Assembly: GCA_016932785.1 (NCBI GenBank)
Contig: JAFGCJ010000002.1
Span: 401,777-465,776 of the forward strand
DNA from: Candidatus Dojkabacteria bacterium
GTDB taxonomy: Bacteria > Patescibacteriota > Dojkabacteria > SC72 > JAFGCJ01
Direction: 5' to 3'
Length of the DNA: 64,000 nucleotides
This document shows, piece after piece, positions 8,743 through 18,365 of the stretch. A program made the translations under genes and the position numbers. Positions within the stretch are counted from its first letter, which is position 1, and every line of letters starts with the position of its first letter. The notes beneath the pieces were generated by a model. That model was given only the letters and a program-made list of their open reading frames with translations, was not told the origin of the DNA and did not search any database.

Positions 8743-9807
8743 CTATTTCCAGACACCGGCTATCTTTTCCCCACACGATTTACATTTTCCACCCAAATCA
8801 AAGTCTTTCTTTATATCGACATTATACACATCCCTATGTATTAACAACTTTCCACAATTCGGACAAAGTGTACTAGTTTTGTCCGAATCCCAAAGATTTC
8901 CGAAATAGATATACTTCAAACCTGCCTTCTTCCCTATATCAAAGGCAGAATAGAGTCTCTCGGCAGATGTCTGTGCTTTATCCTGAAGCTTATAATCCGG
9001 ACTAAAGCGTGAAATGTGCCAGGGGATGTTTTTGCTCAAGCCAGCAATGAATTCTGCTATTTTTCTGAGTTCCTCGTCTGAGTCGTTTTCACCGGGAATT
9101 ATCAATGTCGTTATTTCAATCCAGACGTTATTTTTCACAAAATACTCAATATTCCTTAAGACAGGCTGCAAGCGGCCACCACAAAGTCTTTTATAAAAAT
9201 CATCAGAAAAGGACTTAAGATCAAAGGAAATCGCACTCATGCCCGCTGCAAGCTCGGGGAGAACCTGTTTCGACATGTATCCATTCGTGACAAAGACACA
9301 TTTTATTCCGCTCTCCTTTGCAAGTTTTGCAATATCCAAAGCATACTCAACAAAAACAGTCGGTTCATTATAAGTAAAGGCTACTATCTTAAGATCCTTC
9401 TTTTTACAAAAATCTATTACATCTTCAGGAGGAAGATCATAACCATAATCAGATATTGTCGTTCCCAGCTCACCAGACCTTCCCTCTTGCATAAGTTTCT
9501 CCTTCACAATCTTAGAAAACTGTGAAGTTTTCCAATTTAAACAGAAGTCACATCGAAAATTGCATCCGACGGTCCCAATCGAAAATGCATATTCCCCTGG
9601 CATAAAGTGAGCAAGTTTCTTCTTCTCGATCCAGTCTGGATAAGCATCTGCTGCTTTACCATAAACAATCAGGTTCAGGATACCATCTTGGTTCTGCCTC
9701 ACACCACAAATACCAGACCCACCTTCCCTGATCTTACAGTGCCATTCACACGCATTACACTGAACCTCATTCTTCCCCAATTTTTCATAGAATCTTGCCT
9801 CTTTCAT
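8743..9807 (-). CDS. amrS: AmmeMemoRadiSam system radical SAM enzyme
   Basis: N-terminal CNACEWHCKIREGGSGICGVRQN. Radical SAM cluster CNFRCDFCLNW. C-terminal CPNCG...CKSCG. Adjacent to AMMECR1 and Memo genes. Confidence 0.8.
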   Translation of the reverse strand: MKEARFYEKLGKNEVQCNACEWHCKIREGGSGICGVRQNQDGILNLIVYGKAADAYPDWIEKKKLAHFMPGEYAFSIGTVGCNFRCDFCLNWKTSQFSKIVKEKLMQEGRSGELGTTISDYGYDLPPEDVIDFCKKKDLKIVAFTYNEPTVFVEYALDIAKLAKESGIKCVFVTNGYMSKQVLPELAAGMSAISFDLKSFSDDFYKRLCGGRLQPVLRNIEYFVKNNVWIEITTLIIPGENDSDEELRKIAEFIAGLSKNIPWHISRFSPDYKLQDKAQTSAERLYSAFDIGKKAGLKYIYFGNLWDSDKTSTLCPNCGKLLIHRDVYNVDIKKDFDLGGKCKSCGEKIAGVWK

Positions 9808-10400
9808 TATTTTTTCTTATTTACATTCTCTTCACTGAACTTAATGACATTATATGTAAAAACGTCAAATATTTTTCCAGATGACCTCCAAAAATCCGAA
9901 GACATTCCTGCCTTTACACATAAACTTGAAATAAACTCCTCTGCTTCAGGCAAATCTTCCCAAACCTGAGGAAGATACGTGGCCTGATTAGCCCCATATT
10001 TTATTATCAAACCAGGTTTGTTTACAGAAATCTTGCTAACAAGCTCTTCTGGACTAGAAAACAAAACTCTTTCCGGAGAGGAAAGAACAGAAACTTCAAT
10101 AACAGTCCTTTGAAGTTCAGATCTAGATAACGGCTCAAATCTTGGATCTTGAAACGCGGCAAGAATTGCATTCCTCGAAACTGCCTTATATACCGGCGAC
10201 TCCCCCTCAATATTTCCAATACAGCCACGAAGCCGACCATCTATTTTCAATGTGACAAAAACCCCAGCAATAGAGGTAACATCATCAGGAACTTCCCCGA
10301 AATCCGGATCAACATTCTTAAAAACACCTTCTATTGAAGATCTTGCCAAATCAAGCAGATATTTTCGAGACTTATGACTTATCTTCATAAATAATGCCAC
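9807..10400 (-). CDS. amrA: AMMECR1 domain protein
   Basis: LRGCIGNIEGESPVYKAVSRNAILAAFQDPRFEPL and ATYLPQVW are hallmark AMMECR1 motifs. Confidence 0.85.
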   Translation of the reverse strand: MALFMKISHKSRKYLLDLARSSIEGVFKNVDPDFGEVPDDVTSIAGVFVTLKIDGRLRGCIGNIEGESPVYKAVSRNAILAAFQDPRFEPLSRSELQRTVIEVSVLSSPERVLFSSPEELVSKISVNKPGLIIKYGANQATYLPQVWEDLPEAEEFISSLCVKAGMSSDFWRSSGKIFDVFTYNVIKFSEENVNKKK

Positions 10401-10424
10401 GATCGAGTCCTTTTTGCGATCCTG

Positions 10425-11243
10425 CTACATTCCACAAAAATAAATTGAGGCGTAACCGACTACAGAATCTTTATCACCTGCTGTATCTCCTGAAGTTCGA
10501 TAGTCTGCCAATTTAGGCTGCCACTTATGTCTTTTGGCTATTTCAACAAGAACCGAAAGCGGAAGATTTCCACATGAGTCTTCAGATGATTGCACATACT
10601 CGTAACTAAGAGACAAAATGGAATCAATCGTCTTCTGATCAATATCCTTGGCTTCATCATAAGGATGATAATGTGACAAATCTGTACTAACAATAAGTAA
10701 ATCATTATCCCCGATGTACTTCTCAAATATATCTGCATATTCGACACAGTCCCCCTCAGAAAACAAAACTGGAACAATCTCGAACTGCTTTCCTGAGAGA
10801 ACTGACTGAATAAAAGGTAATTGAACCTCAATACTATGTTCCATTTCATGAGCCGAATTTGCCTCATTACACAAGTCTTCATTTTTTACCATCTGTCGGG
10901 CTACTTCAGAAACTTTCACTCTACCCAACGGTGAATTCCAAACATCAACTGTAGATACTCCCATTCCCTTAACAGGAGTCTTGTGACAGGGACCCAAAAT
11001 GAATATCCTCATGAGTTCTTTTGTTTTCTCCGAGCAGTGAGCTAGGACTTTGTATGCATTCCCCGCGGTATAACCAGAGTAAATATATCCGGCATGCGGG
11101 GCTATCAGAGCACGAAGATTACACTTGCCGCAATCGACCTCGGCATCATCTAAATACTGACCTATGGCAAAACGGAGAGTTCCTGAATCCTCAGGGTAAA
11201 AGCTACCTGCGTAGGTTGGTTTTCTAACCTTTTCTTCTATCAT
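10425..11243 (-). CDS. amrB: Memo-like protein (AmmeMemoRadiSam system protein B)
   Basis: PTYAGSFYP, IAPHAGYIYSGYTAGNAY, STDLSHYH. Start trimmed to the ATG at 11243 to avoid overlap with the upstream gene. Confidence 0.8.
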   Translation of the reverse strand: MIEEKVRKPTYAGSFYPEDSGTLRFAIGQYLDDAEVDCGKCNLRALIAPHAGYIYSGYTAGNAYKVLAHCSEKTKELMRIFILGPCHKTPVKGMGVSTVDVWNSPLGRVKVSEVARQMVKNEDLCNEANSAHEMEHSIEVQLPFIQSVLSGKQFEIVPVLFSEGDCVEYADIFEKYIGDNDLLIVSTDLSHYHPYDEAKDIDQKTIDSILSLSYEYVQSSEDSCGNLPLSVLVEIAKRHKWQPKLADYRTSGDTAGDKDSVVGYASIYFCGM

Positions 11244-11736
11244 TAACTGATTTAAATATACCATATCCAAGAACCGATGACACTATGATTCCACCTACAA
11301 CGAGAATCACAATGTCCTCTGTGCTTATTTTTTCATCCTCAGATGTATCTTCTGTAGAATTATCTACATCATAATTTTCCTCGATAAAGCTTATTATTGG
11401 AGTATCACCAACAACCCATCTCAGATCATCACCATCCTTATACACAAGCGTAGGAGTACCTTGTTCTTCTAAAGGAAGATCATTATCTTGAACAAAATTT
11501 GTATATTCTTCTGCTACTCCGCCATCAACCGTCACATTCTTAATTTCAAAATTGTCCTCAAGATTATTCTCCTCTATAAATTCCTCAACCTTTGCACAAT
11601 GGGGACAACCTTCACTAACATATATAACCAAATCCTCAGGTTTTGCATGGACAACCCCATTCATCACAAAAAGACCTAACAAATATAATACGAAACCCAT
11701 TACTACGGCATATGAAATTCTTTTACTCTGGATCAT
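11224..11736 (-). CDS. Membrane-tethered glutaredoxin/thioredoxin-fold protein with a CPHC active site
   Basis: N-terminal TM helix, VIYVSEGCPHCAKVEEFI (a DsbA-like CPHC dithiol), acidic linker and a C-terminal TM helix. Confidence 0.6.
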   Translation of the reverse strand: MIQSKRISYAVVMGFVLYLLGLFVMNGVVHAKPEDLVIYVSEGCPHCAKVEEFIEENNLEDNFEIKNVTVDGGVAEEYTNFVQDNDLPLEEQGTPTLVYKDGDDLRWVVGDTPIISFIEENYDVDNSTEDTSEDEKISTEDIVILVVGGIIVSSVLGYGIFKSVNDRRKG

Positions 11737-11791
11737 TTTGCTGATAAAATTTCGAAGTTATTTATTAATCTTATAAACGTATAACAAACTA

Positions 11792-12775
11792 ATGCAAATT
11801 GAAAGAATCATTAATTTTTCGCTGGACGCAATTATAGCAATAATTTTGTTATTCAGCACAGGTATACTTTATACGTGTGCTTGGGCACTACAAAAAACAA
11901 GGACAAACAGGCTATTCTTATTCTCAGTATTAGGATTGACTCTCTCTGTCATTGGCTTCTTTTTTTATGGCATTGCTATAGAACCATTTTCACTTATTAC
12001 AACGACAGAAACAATAGACCTGGATGATTTTGAAGGCGAAGAAAGCCTAAAACTTATACTCGTTTCAGACCTTCATGCAGGAAGATTTTTTAATACAAAC
12101 AAAATTCCCAAACTCGTAAAAAACATAAATGACATAAACGAAACGGATTATCTACTTATTCTCGGTGACGTAATTAACCAAAATAAAAATCAGGTTGATG
12201 ACCTTGAAGAGCTCAAAAAAATAGATAAAGAGGTGTATTTCGTATACGGAAATCACGATTACTTCATACCATCAGGCGCAGAACCAAAAGAAAACGAAAA
12301 AGCAGATATAGTTCCTGGCCTCGAGAAAATGATCCAAAACATAGGAGCTAACGACCTAAAAAATGAGTCAATCAAACTTGAAGAATATGATAATTTCGAT
12401 GTATACCTTGCCGGTATAGAGGACGTCTGGTCACATAGGGATGAATACGAATTCCTAGAAACCTTGCCCGAAGACGACGTTGTTATTCTAATGTGCCACA
12501 ATCCAGACTGTGTCATCAATATTGCCGCTGATAAAGAAGTAAAGAAAAGAGTAGACCTGGTTGTTTCCGGCCATACACACGGCGGAGAGATGAGACTACC
12601 ATTGATAGGATCAATAGCACCACAGGGACTTCCAATATTCCTTCCCCAATCATACGATAAAGGTTATCATACATACGAAGATATACCTCTTTACATTACC
12701 TCGGGAGTGGGAAATGTTGGTGTAAGAATGAGAACATTTAATACTCCAGAAATTGTTTTACTGACAATCAAGTAA
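11792..12775 (+). CDS. Membrane-anchored calcineurin-like metallophosphoesterase (YkuE-like)
   Basis: LVSDLHAG, ILGDVIN, GNHDY, GHTHGG motifs in canonical order after two N-terminal TM helices. Confidence 0.8.
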   Translation: MQIERIINFSLDAIIAIILLFSTGILYTCAWALQKTRTNRLFLFSVLGLTLSVIGFFFYGIAIEPFSLITTTETIDLDDFEGEESLKLILVSDLHAGRFFNTNKIPKLVKNINDINETDYLLILGDVINQNKNQVDDLEELKKIDKEVYFVYGNHDYFIPSGAEPKENEKADIVPGLEKMIQNIGANDLKNESIKLEEYDNFDVYLAGIEDVWSHRDEYEFLETLPEDDVVILMCHNPDCVINIAADKEVKKRVDLVVSGHTHGGEMRLPLIGSIAPQGLPIFLPQSYDKGYHTYEDIPLYITSGVGNVGVRMRTFNTPEIVLLTIK

Positions 12776-12782
12776 TAAATAA

Positions 12783-13418
12783 ATGAAAAAATACACGAAA
12801 ATACTCAAAATCTCAGCACTTGTTCTTGGAATTGCTACCTTAGCATTTCTAATATCCGGTCCTATTCTTGTCTACCGTGGAAAATACCAAATATACACCA
12901 AAATAGATGACGTCGAAAAAACAAGAGTAGGAATAGTATTCGGTGCAGGCGTGAAGCCAACCGGAGAGCCCTCAGATATGCTCGAGGACAGACTGAAGTT
13001 AGCATATGATCTTTACGAGAACGACAAAATAGAAAAAATAGTCGTCTCAGGTGACAACAGGTTTTCTCATTACAATGAGCCCCAGGCCATGTACAACTAT
13101 CTTGTAAGAAAAGGCGTAAATAATGAGGACATAGTGCAGGACTTTGCAGGAAGAAGAACCTATGACACATGTTATAGAGCAAAAGAGATTTTCGGTATCG
13201 ATGAGGCGCTTCTTATTTCTCAGGGTTATCATCTACCCAGAGCTCTTTTTCTTTGTAATAAGATGGGAATAGAAAGTACAGGATATTCCGCCACATTGCG
13301 AACATATGAGAATGAGCCACAGTATAAGATACGGGAAATAATAGCAATCTACTGGAGTGTTATTGATATTTATATAAGAAAACCAACCCCAGTATTAGGA
13401 GAAGAAATCGAAATCTAA
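12783..13418 (+). CDS. DUF218 / SanA-like (ElyC/YdcF family) protein
   Basis: N-terminal TM helix, GIVFGAGV...PSDMLEDRL, IVVSGDN, ISQGYHLPRA are typical of the SanA family. Confidence 0.65.
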   Translation: MKKYTKILKISALVLGIATLAFLISGPILVYRGKYQIYTKIDDVEKTRVGIVFGAGVKPTGEPSDMLEDRLKLAYDLYENDKIEKIVVSGDNRFSHYNEPQAMYNYLVRKGVNNEDIVQDFAGRRTYDTCYRAKEIFGIDEALLISQGYHLPRALFLCNKMGIESTGYSATLRTYENEPQYKIREIIAIYWSVIDIYIRKPTPVLGEEIEI

Positions 13419-13429
13419 AAAGAGAAAAG

Positions 13430-13753
13430 TTATTTCAAATATTTCTCAAGAGCAGTCAAGTAATCCTCTTTCGCTCTCAGACCAACGAGTTGATCCACAG
13501 CCTCCCCATCTTTGAAAATAAAAACCGCAGGGATACTCATAATGTTGTACTTCGTTGACACCTCTCTATTCGTGTCAACATTTACCTTGCAAACTTTCAC
13601 TTTATCCCCTAATTCATCGGACAGTTCATCAATTATTGGACCCAGCATCTTACAAGGCATACACCACTCAGCCCAAAAATCGACAACAGTGACTTTGTCT
13701 GATTCCAATACCTCTTTTTTAAATGTTGAATCTGTTACTTCTATATTTGCCAT
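13430..13753 (-). CDS. trxA: Thioredoxin
   Basis: 107 aa. VVDFWAEWCMPCKMLGPIIDEL (a CxxC active site, CMPC instead of CGPC) and SIPAVFIFKDGE. Confidence 0.9.
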   Translation of the reverse strand: MANIEVTDSTFKKEVLESDKVTVVDFWAEWCMPCKMLGPIIDELSDELGDKVKVCKVNVDTNREVSTKYNIMSIPAVFIFKDGEAVDQLVGLRAKEDYLTALEKYLK

Positions 13754-13826
13754 ATTTAGTACTTGCCAAATTTATACATTATATGTATATTGTAGCATGC
13801 TGATTTGACATGACAAGGACAGTAAC

Positions 13827-14585
13827 GTGACATATAATTGCATATCCATAACACCACAAATATACGAAAAACTATACATCCAATGGATGGGATATACCTA
13901 TGACAATTACAAAACTTACCCCTTTCACAACATAGATCATATCAAAACCTCACTTGACTGTGCTGAGAAAGCAATGGAAAGTGAGCTCATGATCGAACAT
14001 GAAAAACTTCTCGTCAAAACAGCAATCCTTTTTCACGACACCGAATTCAAGCCCAGACGCGAAGGCCACGAAAAAAGGTCTGCAAAAAGAGCAGAAATTG
14101 AACTTTCAAAAATTAACATCCGCACAGACGACATTCTAAGCGTCAAAAAGATCATACTTGCAACAGAATTTCCGAGAAACCCTCAAAACATATCAGAAAA
14201 GGTCATTGCTGACGCTGACATATGTACCCTTGGCTTCAGAACAGGTTTTTTCGATTGGACTATGAGGGATTACTCAGAAAAGTACATCTACGAAGAAAAA
14301 ATAGATTTACACAAATACCTAGAAGGGCTTGTCGGATTCTTCGCAGATAATGATTACTATACAAGATGGGCCCAACAGAACCTCTCGTCACAGAAAAATA
14401 CAAATTTACAATTAATAAAACACTACCTCGAAACCCTCTACTCAAAAGAAAACGAGAGTATGAAATATAAATCTACCATATGGAATTTTTCGAGTCTCTA
14501 CTCCCCCACAAAGGACAAAGCCGAAGAAAAGTACAGTAAAAGGTCTTCCCCTTCATCCATGCTATTCGACTACAAAGAAGAATAG
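13827..14585 (+). CDS. Hypothetical protein, possible HD-type phosphohydrolase
   Basis: GTG start. HNIDHI...AILFHDTEF resembles an H...HD motif. No other recognisable features. Confidence 0.35.
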   Translation: MTYNCISITPQIYEKLYIQWMGYTYDNYKTYPFHNIDHIKTSLDCAEKAMESELMIEHEKLLVKTAILFHDTEFKPRREGHEKRSAKRAEIELSKINIRTDDILSVKKIILATEFPRNPQNISEKVIADADICTLGFRTGFFDWTMRDYSEKYIYEEKIDLHKYLEGLVGFFADNDYYTRWAQQNLSSQKNTNLQLIKHYLETLYSKENESMKYKSTIWNFSSLYSPTKDKAEEKYSKRSSPSSMLFDYKEE

Positions 14586-14629
14586 CCATTTTCTTGCCAA
14601 GTAATTTCTAAAACTGTATTATTCCCCAG

Positions 14630-15397
14630 GTGGCAAAAAAGAAAATTATCATTAAAGTCGAAAATCTTAAAAAATCGTACGGCAAATTAGCCGCGGTCAA
14701 GGGTATTAATTTCAATGTATTTCAAAATGAAGTCTTTGGAATTCTCGGTCCCAATGGAGCTGGGAAGACCACGACTTTGGAGATGATTGAAGGACTTAAA
14801 AGCATAGACGATGGATTGGCTGAAATCGACGGAATAAATGTAGCCAAGAAACCCCAAGGAATAAAGAAGCTCATAGGTATACAACTTCAATCTTCATCAT
14901 ACTTCGAAAACCTAAATCTCTCAGAACTCCTTCAGCTTTTCGGAAGATTCTATGGCAGAGAGGTAGATCCCAACGAAATAATTAAGAAGGTACATCTTGA
15001 GGGAAAAGAAAAATCTTTTGTTAAGCAACTTTCTGGGGGACAGAAGCAAAGACTTTCTATCGCTTCTTCACTTGTTAATGACCCTAAAGTTCTTTTCCTT
15101 GACGAGCCGACAACAGGCCTGGATCCTCAGGCCAGAAGAAGTCTTTGGGACTTGATAAAAGAGTTACGAGAGAAAGACAAAAAGACAGTAGTACTTACAA
15201 CTCACTATATGGAAGAAGCTGAGGCGCTCTGTGATAGAGTAGCAATTATGGATTTAGGTAAGATAATTGCCCTTGATACTCCCGAGAGTCTTATCAAAAA
15301 ACTTTTAGACAAAGGCTTTAAACCAAAGAGAAGACGTTTGGAGGCGACATTAGATGATGTATTCCTTGATTTGACAGGAAAGGAGCTAAGAGAATGA
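14630..15397 (+). CDS. ABC transporter ATP-binding protein (ABC-2/DrrA type)
   Basis: Walker A GPNGAGKTT, signature LSGGQKQRL, Walker B VLFLDEPTTGLD, H-loop TTHYMEE. GTG start. Confidence 0.9.
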   Translation: MAKKKIIIKVENLKKSYGKLAAVKGINFNVFQNEVFGILGPNGAGKTTTLEMIEGLKSIDDGLAEIDGINVAKKPQGIKKLIGIQLQSSSYFENLNLSELLQLFGRFYGREVDPNEIIKKVHLEGKEKSFVKQLSGGQKQRLSIASSLVNDPKVLFLDEPTTGLDPQARRSLWDLIKELREKDKKTVVLTTHYMEEAEALCDRVAIMDLGKIIALDTPESLIKKLLDKGFKPKRRRLEATLDDVFLDLTGKELRE

Positions 15398-16485
15398 AAA
15401 ACCTTAAGATGCTATTTCATCTCACAATTGCAGATATAAAAATGACTATTCGAGATACCAGCTTTATTTTCTGGTCGCTCTTCTTTCCATTTATGATTAT
15501 CGGTATCTTCGGAGTAATGGATTTTGCCAACATGGGAAATAATAACGTCGGACTCGTGTACAATAAAAACACTGAGATTTATGCAAAACAGCTCAAACAG
15601 GTATTCGAGGAAGAAGATGATTACAAATTCCATGAGGGTAACATCGACGATGAGATCACCGAACTTAAGAACGATGACAGGGTGATAGTTCTAGAATTTA
15701 CTGAATCAGAGGATGGCCAGGTAGTTGTAAATACTTATATGAGCGAAGAGAACAAACAGACTGCTTCTATCATTATGCTCGTTGCAGAAAAGATTCTCGC
15801 TGATATCTCGCTCCAAATGAAGCACATAGAGCTTCCCTTCGAAGTGAAGCAGAACATCGTCAACACTGAAAACCTGAGATATATTGATTACATGGTCCCT
15901 GGGGTAATAGCCCTTTCACTGATGCAGGGAGGCTTATTCAGTGTAATCGGTGCAATTGTTGTAGCAAGAGAAAAAGGAATTCTCAAGCGTCTTTTTGCTA
16001 CGCCACTACCAAAGCACGTCTATCTCATCGCGAATATTGGGACAAGAATGCTTATGTCACTTTTACAGATTGCAATACTTATTATTGTCTCTAAATTGGT
16101 CTTTGGAATAAAAATAGTCGGAAGTATACCGCTGGTGGCAATAATGTCATGTTTGGGAAGCCTAGTCTTTCTTTCACTTGGATTCTTATTCTCCGGGTTC
16201 GCAAAGACCTCAGAAGCTGCACGTGCAATGATAATGCCGGTCCAAATGCTATTCATGTTCACCGGTGGAGTCTACTTTGACAGAAGTGTACTACCTAAGT
16301 GGCTATTTGACATAACAATGTATTCACCTTTGACATATTTATCAGATGCTCTAAAAGACATAATGGTTAAAGGGTATGACCTTGACAACCAGAACATTCA
16401 AACCGCCTTTATCGCACTTAGTATTTGGCTGGTAGCACTGGTTTCACTGTCGATAAAAACTTTCCGGTGGAACGGAAAAGAATAG
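15394..16485 (+). CDS. ABC-2 family transporter permease
   Basis: ATGA overlap with the ATPase gene. N-terminal TM helix, a large loop and five C-terminal TM helices, typical of the ABC-2 membrane domain. Confidence 0.8.
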   Translation: MKNLKMLFHLTIADIKMTIRDTSFIFWSLFFPFMIIGIFGVMDFANMGNNNVGLVYNKNTEIYAKQLKQVFEEEDDYKFHEGNIDDEITELKNDDRVIVLEFTESEDGQVVVNTYMSEENKQTASIIMLVAEKILADISLQMKHIELPFEVKQNIVNTENLRYIDYMVPGVIALSLMQGGLFSVIGAIVVAREKGILKRLFATPLPKHVYLIANIGTRMLMSLLQIAILIIVSKLVFGIKIVGSIPLVAIMSCLGSLVFLSLGFLFSGFAKTSEAARAMIMPVQMLFMFTGGVYFDRSVLPKWLFDITMYSPLTYLSDALKDIMVKGYDLDNQNIQTAFIALSIWLVALVSLSIKTFRWNGKE

Positions 16486-16510
16486 AACAATCTAGAACGT
16501 GCTCGAGGTT

Positions 16511-17023
16511 TCAACTCTCTCCAAGTAGCTTAAGAATTTCCTGTGCAAAAATACCTGCAGCCCTGGGACCGCTTGCAGTAACAATATTTCCATCCACAGT
16601 CACCTCCTCACCGGTAAACTGGGCACCATGCTCAACAAGATTTGTCCCCTCGCTAGGAAATGCCGTTGCCTTCCTACCTTCAAGTAGTCCTGAATTGGCA
16701 AGTGTTGACGGACTAATGCAAATTGCTCCAACAACTTTCCCTCTCGAATATGCATCTTTCAATAACTGATGAACAGTTACATCGTCAAAATAAACTTTTG
16801 CACCTCCTCCCCCAACAAGAATCACAGCATCATAATCATCGATAACCACACTTGAAATATCGCCATCAACTTCCACCGTTCCTCCTAGAACACCCTTAGC
16901 GACTTCTACACCCATTGACGCGACAGTTACTTCACACCCAGCATTTTCAAAAGCCTCTCTTGGTATCCCATACTCATTATCCTGATAATCGTTAGGAGCC
17001 AAAATCATAAGAATTCTTTTCAT
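16511..17023 (-). CDS. DJ-1/PfpI family protein
   Basis: MKRILMILAPNDYQDNEY and the nucleophile-elbow GKVVGAICISPSTLANSGLL. Confidence 0.85.
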   Translation of the reverse strand: MKRILMILAPNDYQDNEYGIPREAFENAGCEVTVASMGVEVAKGVLGGTVEVDGDISSVVIDDYDAVILVGGGGAKVYFDDVTVHQLLKDAYSRGKVVGAICISPSTLANSGLLEGRKATAFPSEGTNLVEHGAQFTGEEVTVDGNIVTASGPRAAGIFAQEILKLLGES

Positions 17024-17045
17024 ATGACATTTCTAACAATTTAGC

Positions 17046-18221
17046 TTAGTCAGTGAATTCCACAGAACTTTGCTCATATTCATCAATATTTTCATTATCA
17101 TATTGGCAATTTTCCAATTCCAAGGCTGCGGCATCTTTAAGAATGATGTGCAATGTCCGAATGTCCGAATCTTTAAACACTACTTTACTGCGGCCGTATA
17201 CTATAAGAGTTGGATCACCAGCGATTTTTTCTATAGATATATTATCAAATTCAGCCTCAGCATACTCTCCTACCATGCATACATCACAGCTCAAAGAAAG
17301 ATCCTCAAATTTCACCTTGGAATATTCAGATAATTCCATTTCTCTAACAGGGGTGCTAACCACGGAAACATTAGAATATAGCTTAGATACAATGTTTAAT
17401 CCTTGTATCCAGCTGCTGCTCCATTTGATACTATAGTCATCCTGAGAATACGATCCAGTATCCTGAGAAATAGGAATGTCAACATTGTATTCAGTATCAT
17501 CGTCCTCTTCAGATTCAAAAATAAGGCCTAGAATGACATTCTTAGAGTTCATCAACTCAACGTCTGCATTCCTTTTTAGCATAATTTGATACTCATCTAT
17601 ATCACACTCTTCTAGATTCAGACTCCAACCCTCATTTGAATCGAATAAGTAGTCCACATCATCGCCAGGTTGCAGATCTTTTATCTTTTCCTCTCCGTCA
17701 GATACAAAAACCGGTATCAAGGTCGATCCAGTAATATCTGCCTTCGACTTATCATGAAGAAGTACTTTGCCCAGATCCGAATCCTTAGCTTCCAGTTCTG
17801 ATCTGTCAGCAAGGTATATGCCTAAGTTATTTTCCAATTTTGAGTCCTCGACGGTAATACTCGGGCTGGAATTGTCCTCCTTGGTCGAAATAATGGAAAA
17901 AAAGGAATCATCACCATCAATAGTACTCTTCTTAATCTCAAGATCAGAGTCACCCGATACATAAAAGCCCAAGAGATCATAATCTTCTGCATCTATTAAC
18001 ACCTCACTGTCATCAAACACCAATTTCCCACCCTTGGATACGATCACAGATCTACCTATTAGAATTTCTTCACCGGATACTAATTTCTCCCTGTTTGAAA
18101 TAGTCCACTCATAGGACTTTCTACCTAGGATGGTAGCCAGGACGAGTGCTAGAACGACTATAACAGCTATGACAATGAGATCCCTTGAAAAAGTCTTCTT
18201 AATTTTCTCCACGAAGGCCAT
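17046..18221 (-). CDS. Hypothetical membrane-anchored, highly acidic extracytoplasmic protein
   Basis: Long ORF with a TM helix LIVIAVIVVLALVLATIL followed by D/E/S-rich beta-rich repeats. No recognisable catalytic motif. ATG at 18221 preferred to the listed TTG start. Confidence 0.5.
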   Translation of the reverse strand: MAFVEKIKKTFSRDLIVIAVIVVLALVLATILGRKSYEWTISNREKLVSGEEILIGRSVIVSKGGKLVFDDSEVLIDAEDYDLLGFYVSGDSDLEIKKSTIDGDDSFFSIISTKEDNSSPSITVEDSKLENNLGIYLADRSELEAKDSDLGKVLLHDKSKADITGSTLIPVFVSDGEEKIKDLQPGDDVDYLFDSNEGWSLNLEECDIDEYQIMLKRNADVELMNSKNVILGLIFESEEDDDTEYNVDIPISQDTGSYSQDDYSIKWSSSWIQGLNIVSKLYSNVSVVSTPVREMELSEYSKVKFEDLSLSCDVCMVGEYAEAEFDNISIEKIAGDPTLIVYGRSKVVFKDSDIRTLHIILKDAAALELENCQYDNENIDEYEQSSVEFTD

Positions 18222-18365
18222 ATTAATAGTATCCTTGTTTATTCTTAAATATGTCAATACCGCTATTCAATTATACAACAATGGACGCAGAATTTGTCCC
18301 TGATTACCCGAACTAACGCGATATGTGTTAATATTTTACTAGATATAAATGTAGATATACTGCAA

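Noticed and set aside
13430-13753. Thioredoxin active site WCMPC instead of the canonical WCGPC.
   Set aside because: It is a single-residue variant within the CxxC motif of an otherwise ordinary thioredoxin. It may shift the redox potential but is not enough to flag as unusual biology.
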